From contig NC_068981.1 in NCBI RefSeq assembly GCF_001194135.2, positions 160,695,166-160,759,165 on the forward strand: a stretch of DNA of 64,000 nucleotides, read 5' to 3'. This document shows, in pieces, positions 52,491-64,000 of this stretch (position 1 is the first letter of the stretch; every line of letters starts with the position of its first letter). A program made the position numbers and the translations under genes. Under the pieces are notes generated by a model, which had not been told where the DNA came from, did not search any database, and was given only the letters and a program-made list of their open reading frames with translations. Source of the stretch: Octopus bimaculoides. Lineage: Eukaryota.

Positions 52491-54097
52491 GGCCAAAATA
52501 AAAAGTTTATATTGCTAATAAAGCTAATATAAAGACAATAGGAAGCTACCTTTCTGTATCTTCTGTACAGTCCTTACATAAAGGTAACACTTTCAGTGAT
52601 AAACGTCCTAGTGACTCAATGGTTTACAGATCATTACTTACTCCTACTTTAAATCATGGTTAAATGTCTTCTTCTATACTGCCAACTGTCATTTATAGAA
52701 GAGATATAAATTTCTCACGCTTGAGAAAATATTTGTATTGTGGTATAAAATAGAAATTTACTGCAGTGCAATAAAAGAAGAAAAAAAAATTCAAAAGAAC
52801 AAATACAATGATCACAGTATTGAAATGTCATTTTGTTACCTAATGCTGGAAGAAAGAAAAACTGATAATTTCAATTCAAAAGTTCCCTAACCAGTTCTAA
52901 TGACCTACATTTTTTGAAATTCTCAAGAAGAACAACTTCACTTATGTGATATAATGTATATGTGAAATATATTTACTTATTTGTAACTTTATAGGTATTT
53001 CTTAAGCATATTTAATGAACTACTTAATGTAAATATCAGCAAGTCTTTATGGTTGCACAAAAAAATATGTTTATAATATTATATTCATATTGCCTTTACC
53101 AAATACATTTTTTATATACAAGAGTTATGTAGTTAATTGCCTCTAAATTAGTACATTACATATCCTTTGTCTTATCACCTGTCCCTGAAATGAATCTCTC
53201 AGTTAGGTGATTCTCTCAGTTAGGTGATTCTCTCACTGACAATGAAATTTATAACTGATGAAATAACAAAAAACCTACTTGAAAAAGAAAAAAAAGTCTT
53301 CAAGTTTAAAGACCAAGCCAGTAACTAATAGAAACTATTACAATAGAAAAAAAAAATAAATAAAATTCAAAATCAAAAGACCTCAGCATTGAAATATCAT
53401 TATTTCATTTGTCCTCTTCATTGTCATTGTCATTTAATGTCCTCTTTCCATGTTGACATAAGTTGGACGGTTTCACAGAAGCTGGCAAGTCATAAGATTG
53501 CACCAAACTCTACTGTTTGCTTTGGCATGGATTCTAGAACTGGATGCCCTTTCTAGTGTCAACCACTTTACTGAGTGGCTGGGTGCTTTTTACATGGCAC
53601 CAGTAGCAATGGGGAGTAGTATTGAGGGGAGTGGCTTTATGCCTGGTGATGAGAAAACTTGCTGGTTGTGTAATGTTAGTCTGAAGAAACAATAATACAT
53701 CATTACAAAGCACTTTGCATATAATATCAAAATGGTTCTTTACGCTTGTTTAGCATGAAATAATAGACAAATCTCCCTTAGATTATACCTAAAAGGAGAG
53801 GGACACATTATTGATAACTCAGTCCTAGTTATTCCTAAAATGACAGAATAATAACAGCTAGAATGCTTTTGGTTGTAGGGTCTCTGAACAACAACTAAAG
53901 TATTCTTGCACAAGCATGGCTGTGTGGTTAAGAAGTTCACTTTGCAACCATATTGTTTTGAGTTCAACCCCATGACATGGCACATTGGGCAGGTATCTTC
54001 TACCATAGCCACAGGTTGCTCAATGTCTTGAGAGTGAATTTGGTAGATGGAAACTGTGTAGAAGCCCATCATATGTACATATTTTTTTTTTTTTGTT

Positions 54098-54360
54098 GCC
54101 CTTTCAAAGCCTAGCCAGGCTCATGCGCCCGGTTTCCCGGTTTCTATGGCGTATGTGTTCCCCCCAGCTGGACGGGATGCCAGTCCATCGCAGTGTTACT
54201 CAAGAAACAGGAAGAAAGAGTGAGAGAAAGTTGGGGCGAAAGAGTACAACAGGGTTCGCCACCCCTCTCTGCCGGAGCCTCATGGAGCTTAGGTGTTTTC
54301 GCTCAATAAACACTCACAATGCCCGGTCTGGGAATCGAAACCGTGATCCTCCGACTGCAA
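54098..54360 (-). mobile_element. tRNA SINE with the head and centre of the 3425 element but a different 3' tail
   Basis: Reverse complement: GGATCACGGTTTCGATTCCCAGACCGGGC...AACTTTCTCTCACTCTT.CTTCCTGTTTCT, then GCGATGGACTGGCATCCCGTCCAG...AAACCGGGAAACCG. Confidence 0.7.
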
Positions 54361-55154
54361 TACTTGGCCCTGAGTTTCTAAAAATTATCCATAATTCCTG
54401 GCCAGAAAATCCTAGGGAGTAGAGTAGGTGTTACTTGTCAACATCTAGCGTTTCCCTGAGAATGTCATTGCTCCTCCTTACTGTTATTCCTCTATAGAAT
54501 GTTAATGTGAATGTTCCATTAGATGCACTGTCTGATGGTTAGAGAGCTGTGAGTGTCTCACAATGTTTTGTTACATTTCAAATGTTAGGAACGCAATCTT
54601 TGTCTTTACTTGACTCAAGCTGGCAGCTCCATAAAGAAACTCAAAAAAACATGAGCTGTGATAAAATGTACCTGGAGAACAATGACCACATGTTCATTGT
54701 GTGGGAATATCTGTTGATGCTGCATCCTTGGTGGATGTCTGCATCATCAACAGCCACATCATGGTAGGCCTCCTTAGTACAAAAGGTATTGGTTGCAGAC
54801 GGACCAATGGATACACAACATGTATTACTAAAGATTTCATTTTTATATTATCTGACAAAGTAAGGTTAGCTTTAGTGTGACCACTTCCCTCCATTTCCAA
54901 ATTGCTGGTTATATCTACACAGAATACACAGGCCTGACGTGTAAATGAAATGAAATGGTTGGTGTATGAAACAGTGACAAGGTCAAATCAACTTCAACCG
55001 GTGTACCTTCTTTCTTCTTTTTTTTTTCTCCAAACGACTGACAATAGCTAAACAGAAAACACAGACATGACAATTAAATGAAATGGTTGCTATTAGAAAC
55101 TCAGTTTTCAATTCAACCTAACATGAACTCTCCTCAATTACTAATTCTAAACTA

Positions 55155-55307
55155 GTACATGTGTATTGTTGTGGTGGTGGCAGTGGCAGTGGTGGTGGCA
55201 GCAGTGGCAGTGGTGGCAGTGGCAGTGGTGGTGGCGGTGATGGTGGCAGTGGCAGTGGTGCAGGTAATGGTGTTGTTGTGTGTATGTAATTGTGTGTGTG
55301 TGTGTGT

Positions 55308-55360
<53 letters not shown>
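55155..55360. repeat. Compound (GTGGCA/GTG)n and (TG)n microsatellite. Other large tracts at 12961-13006 (TA), 49480-49610, 56620-56710, 59500-59610, 61190-61510, 61720-62100
   Basis: Seen directly; these tracts explain the His/Thr/Val/Cys ORFs in the track. Confidence 0.95.
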
Positions 55361-55361
<1 letters not shown>

Positions 55362-56628
55362 AATAAGCATGGGGTTTTTGCACAATTTCTGACTACCAAA
55401 TTTCATTCACAAGGCATTGGTCAATCTGAAGCAATGTATTACCTAAGATCCCTGGTAATGGAATTGACACTAGACCCACTCAGTTGCAAATTGAAATTCA
55501 TAACCACACAGACTTATCTGCATCCATAAAATAATGTAAAATTAAAAGAAAAATTTCATAAGTTTTCATTTGTTCACTCTTTCAATAATACTGAGACGGT
55601 AATTTTTTCCCAATATGTCACAGAATGCAATGTAACCAGAGTGGATTCCTTGTTTTCAATATTCTACTAAGTAAAATTACTGTCTTCCATACATATAGAT
55701 TTGTCCTTTCAGGTGCTGGTGCCATTTAAAAAGAACCCATGCTAGTGTTGTCCAAATGCACCTGTGACAGTGACATGTAAAAAGCAGCCAGCACCCTCTG
55801 TTAAGTGGTTGGCATTAGGAAGGGCATCCAGCTGTAGAACACATGCCACAACAGACAGTTGGAGCTCAGACAGCTCCCTGCTAATCAGCTCCATGTCAAA
55901 CCATCCATGGAGACTGGATGTTAAATGATGAAGATGATGATGATGATGGTAGAATCGTTACCATATTGAGCAAGATGTTTAGCAGCATTTCATCTATCTT
56001 TGCATTCTGAATTCAAATTCTGCCAAAGTCGACTTTGCCTTTTATCCTCGCAGAGCCAATGAAATAACTACCAGTTGAACACTGGGGTCGATGTAATCGA
56101 CTTAAACCCTTCCCCCAAACTTGCTGGTCTTGTGCCAAAATTTGAAACCAACATTAATTATGAAGATAAGACAGCAAGTTGGCAGAACTGTTAGCATGCC
56201 AGGCAAAATGCTTAGTGGCGTTTCATTTATTTTCGTGTTCTGAGTTCAAATTCTGCTGAAGTTGACTTCACCTTTCTCGATCAATAAAATAAGTACCGGT
56301 TGAGTACTGGGTTGATGTAATTGACTTACCCACCACGCACTCTGAAATTACTGGCCTTGTGCCAAAATTTGAAATCATTATTCTTATCTGTGTATGTTAT
56401 TTTTGTGTTTTTTCTCTGCATGTCTAACAGTCAATCAATCAATATTTTATCTAATTAAAGCAAGTATGGTACACAGATTCAATTGCATAACAGTTCATTA
56501 TCAAAGTTATCCATCAAAAAGTGATTAACCATATTGTTTTCCAATAAATTTCTATTTTTTTGTCATACCAAATTTTTCACACATGCAACACACTAAAACA
56601 TGCATATGCATGCATGCACACACACACA

Positions 56629-56709
<81 letters not shown>

Positions 56710-57131
56710 ACACAGAGTCAATAAGCAAACTTCTACTTGGCCGTTTGTTCTGTTAGAAATAGCAGTCAAGCTTCCTTTGAATTAGCAAAGTTATTAAAAA
56801 TTCAGATGGAAGGCTACATGGTATTTGTCTTAACTCCCTGTGGCTTGAGTTCAAATTCTGTTAAGGTCAACTTTGTCTTTCATCCTTTTGAGCTCAATAA
56901 TAAATACCAATCTTGGGCAGCAGATTAGTTGAACTTTGCAGTATTTGTTCCAGTTCTTTGCATTCTGATCCACCATGGTCTATTTGGGCTACAGACTCAG
57001 TCTGTCACCCAGTTTAACACCACCGCACAGTACTTTGGTTGTCTTTAGGAGGGTTCTCTCTGCTGCAGGCATTTCAGCCAGGTCTCTAGTTAGAGGCTAT
57101 CATCTTCCTTCCCTCCCACCAGTCTCTTAAG

Positions 57132-57374
57132 CAGTAGTTCTCAACTGGGGTTCACCTGACCCTTGGAGATCCATATAGGATATCGTTAAAACTTATTTGC
57201 TATAAATTGGTTATGCTTCTATAATACACAAAATATGTTTAATTTTTTTTATACAATTCATAATAATATTTAATTATAAAAAATATAATAGGATTGTTTA
57301 TGCATCAAATGGCTATGAGGATCCACCTGAGTAAAATAGGGTATTCACAGATACAAAATTGTTGAGAACCACTG
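57132..57374. mobile_element. hAT MITE, same family as 8631-8866
   Basis: TIRs CAGTAGTTCTCAAC / GTTGAGAACCACTG; TSD CTCTTAAG / CTCTAAAG; same interior as the 8631 copy. Confidence 0.85.
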
Positions 57375-57431
57375 CTCTAAAGCATTATAAAGGGTCATGG
57401 GCCCTTCTTATCTTCTTGAGTCATGTTGACT

Positions 57432-57642
57432 CATAAGGGCTGGTTTCCCGGTTTCATGGTGTATAAATTCCCTACCTAGACAGGATGCCGGTCTGTTGCA
57501 GGGTTATTCCTTTTTGCCAGATGAGTGGACTGGAGCAATGTGAAATGAAGTGTTTTGCTTAAGAACACATGTTGCCTGGTCCAGGAATCGAAACCACAAT
57601 CCTACGGTCATGAGTCAACATGCTAACCACTTAGCCATGTAC
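57432..57642 (-). mobile_element. tRNA SINE with a different centre and the same tail as 54098
   Basis: Reverse complement: GGCTAAGTGGTTAGC (A box), GGTTTCGATTCC (B box), ending GAAACCGGGAAACCAGCCC. Confidence 0.65.
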
Positions 57643-59499
57643 TTCCCACAGTCATGGGCACTGATTTCCTAATTAACTAAAAGAAAATAAAAAATGAAAG
57701 AAACGATATTATTTTTAAATGGAAGGGAACTTGTATTAACAGTAGATCAGACACTCACAGTTGATCTTTGATAAGAGGTTTGCTCCAGTGGGGCTAACTT
57801 GGGGTTAAACAGCAGCAGCAGCGACGACAACGACAACAACAACACATGTATTCTTTTGTTCTTTTACTTGCTTCAGTAATTTGACTGCAGCCATGCTGGA
57901 GCACCATCTTGAAAGGTTTTAGTCGAACAAATTGACCCCAGGACTTATTTCTTAAGCTTAGTACTTATTCTATCGGTCTCTTTTGCTGAGCTGCTAATTT
58001 ATGGGGACGTAAACACACCAACACTGGTTGTCAAGCAGTTGTGGTGGGACAAACACAGACACAAAGACACACAGACATAAATACACACACACATGATGGG
58101 CTTCTTTGAGTTTCCGTCTACCAAATCCACTCACAAGGCTTTGGTTGGCCCTGGCTATCATAGAAGACACTTGCCCAAGGTGCCATGGAGTGGAACTGAA
58201 CCTGGAACCATGTAGTTGGGAATCAAGCTCCTTACCACACAGCTGTGCCTACATACTAACCTACTTAAACCCCTTTGCTCCCTGTGAAGCATAGGCCATT
58301 GACAATTTTTCTCTGCTGTTCTCAACTCTTGGCTGTCTCTTCTGCTTTTCTCCAGTTAGATCCCCTGGTGGATTTTACTACACTGAGTCATATATTTCCT
58401 GCATCAGTTGTTAGCAGTTGAGACACTACATCCTTCAAAACTTCCATGCTGCCTGAAATTCACCAACAGTACACCTGATGCCACCTCCCCTGTTTCCTTT
58501 TTTTCCATTTTTTTAAAGACTTTTTCACTGTTTACTTCCTGTACATATTCTATGTACTGTTCATACAATTTTGATTACTTTTTCTGATGAGCTGTAGTGC
58601 ACCTGAGCACTGTATACAATACATTTATTATTATATTATTACATTACATACCAGCTTACCCACACATATTCATATACCAGCATATTTCTCTCAAAATGCC
58701 GTTACATATAACATACATTAATATAGAAATTCTTAAACTGTCAAATAGCAGCACCACCTGACCAAAAGAATTACAAGTGAAATTTTTGTCCTACTTTCTT
58801 CTTAATCCTTTTGTTACCATATTTTTATTCCAATACTCTGCCTTTGCCTCAATTAATTCTTAAAATAATGAAGGATTTAGTAAAATAACTTTGTCATTAT
58901 TAACCTACCATCCTTGAGGTAGCGAGCTGGCAGAATTGTTAGCATGCCAGGCCAAATGCTTAATGGCATTTCATCTGTCCTTACATTCTGAGTTCAAATT
59001 CTGCCGAGGTTGACTTTGCCTTTTATCCTTTTGGGGTTGATGAAATAAGTACCAGTTACACACTGGGGTCGATATACTTAACTAGCCCTTCCCCCAAAAT
59101 TTCAGGCCTTGTTCCTATAGAAGAAAGGATTATTAATCTGGTGTTCAGAAACATAAATTTTGATGAAAGGTTTTAATTTAGATTACTTTAAAATAGGGAG
59201 TTTATATCATAGAATTAAGGGATGGTCTCAGGTGGGTCAGTATTAAAAGGGGTTAGATAATGAGAAGACGAAAGATTTGCATCTATATACTTCTTCTTTC
59301 TTTGTAGTGATGTTGAACAGCTTTAAATAGTTTTAAAATCATCTTAATTTTCTATTAAACATGGCAGTTTGTCTTGCTTCTTTTCAGTCGTCAGTGGGTA
59401 TTTCCTATGAGAAATATTGCATAAATACTTTATTGTACTTGCATAGTTCTTCCCAAATACCATTTGACACATAGACCAACATACACCTACATACATTCA

Positions 59500-59612
<113 letters not shown>

Positions 59613-60314
59613 TATCAACATATTCTAACATGAATGTGTTACATATATACACATCATTATCATCATATTTACATAATTATTTGCAGATACCATTATATAC
59701 ACATATCCACTGTTTCTTCAACATTTTCTTTGTTTCAATAAGGGGTTCACAGCGTAAGTGATTTTGTTGTTTAGCCCTACGTCAATGTTGACTGAGCAGC
59801 CATTTGATCAAAGGCATTCCAGTTGTGGTCATCTTGCTTGTTTTCTATGTGTAGGAACTCGGGCCCACATTATTCAAAGCAACCTTTTTTGAAGATAGAG
59901 TGTAATTTGCAGGACTTTTAGTTGCTATTTCTAGCAGGTCAAATTATCACTTAGAGAATCCCTTGTAAGTTTGAATACAAGAGATGTTCATTAAAAACAC
60001 TGGGTTAATCATCTTTCACTATTTGTCCATTCCCACACACATATAGATACCTTTTTATATTGGCACATTTCCCCATGAATGCTGTTAGATATCCAATAGA
60101 AACATTCATACGTTTTTATAGCTGCATGGTCTATCACAAAAAGCCTTATACATACATATACATACACACACACATGTACACATACATGTGTGCATGTGCA
60201 CACACACACTTGTATTTGAGAGATAATAAAGCAAATACCATTATTTACACATATACAGACATTATTGTTAAATGCACACATAGTATATCTTAACAACACT
60301 GTGATGCAACATTA

Positions 60315-60790
60315 ATGCTGTTTATATGAAACCACATGAACGCTGCTTATATGATATCACATAATACTACAGGAATGCTGTTTATAAGGTATTGCTGCTA
60401 CACAAATGCAGTTTATGATACCATGTGATACCACACAGATGCTGTTTTTATGTTATCAGATAATGCCCCACAAATACTGTTTATGCGATATCACATGAAT
60501 GCTGCTAAAGCAATGAGAGGGCCTCAATATGGTTGCTTGCATTGTTAGAAATAACTTTAAAATCTCCCTCAAATTGCACTCTACCACCATAGAAAAAGAC
60601 AGGTTGTATCATGTGGTTTTTGGATTCTCAGTTGAGGGGATAAAAGACAGGATGGTCACAGTTGTAATGTCTTATATCATAGGTTTGCTCAGCCAGGGTT
60701 GGCTTGGCCTTAAACAATAACACTATAAATGCTGTTATATGATATCACATAAATGTAAATTATGTAATATCACACACATGCTGCTGTTAC
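60315..60790 (+). repeat. Degenerate ~24-bp minisatellite (AATGCTGTTTATATGATATCACAT) split by an insertion at ~60510-60720
   Basis: The unit recurs about 6-7 times before the insert and resumes after it. Confidence 0.65.
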
Positions 60791-60844
60791 ACATTACACA
60801 CAAACAACATATGCACACACACACACACACACACACACCCAAAC

Positions 60845-60886
<42 letters not shown>

Positions 60887-61290
60887 AACATTAACAAATT
60901 CAACAGCTCATATCAGCAAGTTGTTCCATAAAAACCATAACTCTTGCACTAAAGCTCACAGACTTGTGCATGTGGTGCCATGCTTATCAACAACTTTTTG
61001 TGAAAACGATTACACACGTATAAGGCAAGAACTCTCTCTTTCATACAAAAACACATAAACAGTTTCACATGTACACACACACACACACACACTTTCTATC
61101 TGTACTATGGTCTTATTCAATGCCATTACACCTACACATACGTATACACTATTCTTTCAACATAATGCTTCTTGAAAACTATTACATACACGACCTTACA
61201 CACACGTGCACGCACACACACACACACACACACGCATAGACACACGTGCACACACGCATAGACACACGTGCACACACGCATATAGGCATA

Positions 61291-61342
<52 letters not shown>

Positions 61343-64000
61343 GGGACAAAAATACACACACATACAGGTACACTCACACATGCACATACACACATTTAAC
61401 ACACTCACACATACACGCACACATAGACACACAGTTACAGGCACACGTGCAAATGGTTTTAGCTGGCCATTGTTGAACACCATGATGTTACACACACAAA
61501 CACACGCACATGCCGACAGTTTTAGTAAATCATCATTGAACGCTTCAGTATCCCAACACAGATTTTATAGTAAACATTTTACTATCTCTTGGCAATTCAC
61601 TGTTGTTTGAAGTTTTGATTATCTTTCATGAATGGATGATCTGTGATTGTTCTGGGTCAGCAATCTATACATTCATGCATTTTCTGCAAGGAATTGATGG
61701 TGTTATGAAACAAATCTGTTTCCTCTCTTTCTTTCTCTTGCTCTCTATCTTTTACTCTTGCTTTCTATTTCTCACTCACTCACTCACGCTCTCTCTCTTT
61801 GTCTCTAACTTTGTCTTCTTTTGATTACCTTTCTTTCCCCTCTTTTAGTTTCTTCATCCTTTTCTCCTCCTTTGACTCTTTCTCCCTCTCAATCTTTCTC
61901 TTTCTCAGACTGTTCTTCTTGCATTCTTCTCTTTCACTCAATCATTCACTCTCTTTTTACCCCCCTTCTCTCTCTTACACTTTCTTACTACTGTTCCTTA
62001 TCTGATTTTTTTTGTCTCTACTCAACCCTCAACTGCCAATCTCACTCCCCACACATCGCTTTTCTCCCCATTTTCCCTCTATCTATCTCCAATATTCACT
62101 ATAAATCTATATACACACATTCCTTTAGATATATTCTTTGCAGTATTGTAGTCTCTATTATTAGATGTTATTGATGCAAGAAGCTATGTAACAACAGAAA
62201 TCAATATTACCAATAACCTCAATAAATGAGGTAATATGATTAACCAATCAAGCACCACTCTGATTGAAGAATTCATTACAGTTTCTATTCAAAATAAAAC
62301 TTGCAAAGAACAAGAAAAAATTAAAAAAAAACATTAAAAGAAACTATTTCTGAAAAATTTCAATAAACAAATAAAGTAAATATCAGTCAAACGTTGTTAC
62401 CGTAGAGCAAATAGTGGGCTCTTGTTGACCAAAGTCTAGCAGGATTAATGTAGATTCTGTTCACAAAATTTGTTAATGAAATAAAATTTGAAGAGAAACA
62501 CATCTTGGTAATAAAACAAATACAAAAATGCAATAAAACAATGTAAAATAAAACTACAAGTTAACTAGTATTGCAGTCATTTCACACTGGGGTAACCCCA
62601 ATTGAGCAGACTTCTAATCAAAAGCATTCCAACCATGACTATCCTCCTCATCATCATCATCGTTTAACGTCCGCTTTCCATGCTAGCATGGGTTGGACGA
62701 TTTGACTGAGGACTGGTGAAACTGGATGGCAACACCAGCTTCCAATCTGATTTGGCAGAGTTTCTACAGCTGGATGCCCTTCCTAACGCCAACCACTCAG
62801 AGAGTGTAGTAGGTGCTTTTACATGTCACCTGCATGAAGGCCAGTCAGGCGGTACTGGCAACGGCCACGCTCNNNNNNNNNNNNNNNNNNNNNNNNNNNN
62901 NNNNNNNNNNNNNNNNNNNNNNNNNNNNNNNNNNNNNNNNNNNNNNNNNNNNNNNNNNNNNNNNNNNNNNNNNNNNNNNNNNNNNNNNNNNNNNNNNNNN
63001 NNNNNNNNNNNNNNNNNNNNNNNNNNNNNNNNNNNNNNNNNNNNNNNNNNNNNNNNNNNNNNNNNNNNNNNNNNNNNNNNNNNNNNNNACGAAGGCCAGT
63101 CAGGCGGTACTGGCAATGGCCACGCTCAAAATGGTGTATTTTATGTGCCACCCACACAAGAGTCAGTCCAGGGGCACTGGCAACGATCTCGCTCGAAAAT
63201 CCTTACACATGTCACGGGCACAAGTGCCAGAAAGGCGACGCTGGGCACAGGTGCTATCCCGATTTCGCTATTCACTTGCTCCAATAAGTCTTCGCAAGCT
63301 GAGTTTCATGTTCAATGAAGGAGACGACGTTGGCACGGGTGCCAGTCGTCGAATTTAGTTCGATTTCACTTGCCTCAACAAGTCTAGTGAAATCGAACTA
63401 TCCTCTCTTTCTATATAAAAATTACTTTGTCCATTGTATCTATTTTTTTTAAAGATAAGGCATGATTTGAGGTAAATTTGGCAAGTATTTTTTAGCAAGT
63501 TGAGCAACAATGGAATAACTCCCTTATTGGCTCATCAGTTGTCATTTGTTGTTTAGTCCCGGGTTGGCCCTGATCAGAAGACTTTTCCTTATGTGTAGGG
63601 AGGGGAAGGAATCCAAGACTATGTTATTTAACTAAAACCATGTTATTTCACGACTGTAAGGAGGATTTGGTTGTTATTTCTAACAGAAGCAACCACATAG
63701 AGCAGGCATAGGCGAACTTTTTTGAGAAGCAGGCTAACTGAGACATGGCTCATCATCAGATGGGTAGAACTACTAAGAAGTTCAAGGTAATTTTTCATTA
63801 GGTATACCATTCAGAAAGTCTTATGGGCTACAGATTGACCACGACTGTTGTAGAAACTCCCTTCTCCAGCTCATAACCACTGATCCACAAAACCATTGAT
63901 CCAAATCAGAAGTGGAAAACCTTTTCATGCTGGAAAGGCCGCATTAAGGTAAATTGCCATTTAACATAGCTGCTTAAAAAAATTTTTTAAATCTATACTG

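Noticed and set aside
53195-53237. 17-bp tandem duplication CTCTCAGTTAGGTGATT
   Set aside because: Ordinary slippage duplication with no wider structure.
53905-54075. A/B-box tRNA-like sequences here and in other SINE heads
   Set aside because: No cloverleaf, and they continue into SINE cores, so they are not tRNA genes.
60315-60505. CRISPR-like repeat array
   Set aside because: Eukaryotic context, degenerate adjoining units without unique spacers, and no cas genes.
61540-61690. Minus-strand exon candidate after the acceptor CAATTCCTTGCAG
   Set aside because: Stops in all three frames within 30 nt and no supporting partner exon.

Overview
AT-rich, microsatellite- and transposon-dense eukaryotic DNA with 7 N-gaps. 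The repeat families and gene content point to an Octopus genome (inference). No rRNA, tRNA gene or CRISPR array was seen. Three spliced genes were reconstructed by hand from splice sites and reading frame: the 3' part of a WDR38-like WD40 gene (+, 787-10353, 5 exons), a complete RPS18 (-, 10883-14640, 5 exons, 152 aa, 5'TOP), and a complete VPS52 (+, 14690-45390, 19 exons, 705 aa). Highlights: (1) RPS18 and VPS52 are head-to-head with only 49 bp between their ATGs, the same pairing as in the human extended MHC. (2) VPS52 has two minor-spliceosome (U12) introns, one of which keeps frame only with non-canonical AT-AA termini. (3) Several long foldback or inverted repeats lie in introns. 46-64 kb is mostly TE debris (RTE, SINEs, mariner/Tc1, hAT MITEs), with two weak orphan exon candidates. 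Almost all ORF-track entries are microsatellite, N-gap or repeat artefacts. Everything was done by eye; homologies are recalled, not searched.
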